Origin: Methanobacteriota archaeon
GTDB lineage: Archaea; Methanobacteriota; Methanobacteria; Methanobacteriales; Methanobacteriaceae
Length of the DNA stretch: 16,985 bases
NCBI GenBank assembly: GCA_016874685.1
Contig: VGTM01000033.1
Span: forward strand, 1 to 16,985
Direction of reading: 5' to 3'
Made by a program: the position numbers and the translations under genes. This document shows, in pieces, positions 16,774 through 16,985 of this stretch (positions within the stretch are counted from its first letter, which is position 1; every line of letters begins with the position of its first letter). The notes below the pieces were generated by a model that worked only from the letters and a program-made list of their open reading frames with translations, made no database searches and was not told the DNA's origin.

Positions 16774-16985
16774 TAAATAAATTTTATTTATTCCAAATTT
16801 AAGGGCTCGTAATAATTTAAAAATTTTAAATACATACAGATATTATAGTAATCGACTCAACTTTTGAAAATATATTTTTTTATCCAGTTTTCTGTGTATG
16901 TTTTTTGTTTTACTTCAGTATAATATAGGTTTTTTAGTTTTTTAATTAGTTTTTCTATGTATTTGAAGTCTATTGATGATATTTT

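Overview
This is an AT-rich archaeal chromosomal segment. The GGTGA/GGAGG ribosome-binding sites, frequent TTG/GTG starts, an intron-containing tRNA-Trp and a C/D-box sRNA all point to a methanogen of the Methanobacteriales type. Housekeeping genes lie on the right side: an MBL-fold hydrolase, a YdjM-like membrane hydrolase, an SPFH/stomatin protein, an MJ0936-type phosphoesterase and a UPF0104 flippase-like membrane protein. Three regions look accessory. (1) A roughly 4.4 kb cassette at 8732-13096 is bracketed by two near-identical copies, in the same orientation, of a ~209 bp MITE-like element with 18 bp terminal inverted repeats. It carries a secreted C39-like cysteine peptidase with a very Trp/Tyr-rich C-terminal tail, three paralogous small membrane-anchored proteins with an OB-fold-like sequence profile, and a truncated, frameshifted duplicate of the peptidase. 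The layout suggests a duplicated peptidase-plus-small-partner module of unknown function. (2) A degenerate partial copy of tRNA-Cys at 4975-5035 lies 2.6 kb upstream of the intact tRNA-Cys at 7665-7736. This looks like an att-type duplication bracketing a small island that contains a large, low-GC protein with an Rx4H (HEPN-like) motif and a wHTH-like protein with a C-terminal TM anchor. (3) The tRNA-Trp(CCA) gene has a 65-nt intron encoding a compact C/D-box sRNA whose D-box guide pairs across the exon1-intron junction to place C34 at the methylation position. The left 4.5 kb contains three disrupted genes: a multiply frameshifted RibD_C/DHFR-family gene, an isocitrate-lyase/PEP-mutase family gene with a 1-nt deletion in a T-run, and an HhH (Cdd1-like) gene with an in-frame TAG. 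These are either real decay or assembly errors. No CRISPR array, rRNA or integrase/transposase gene is visible.
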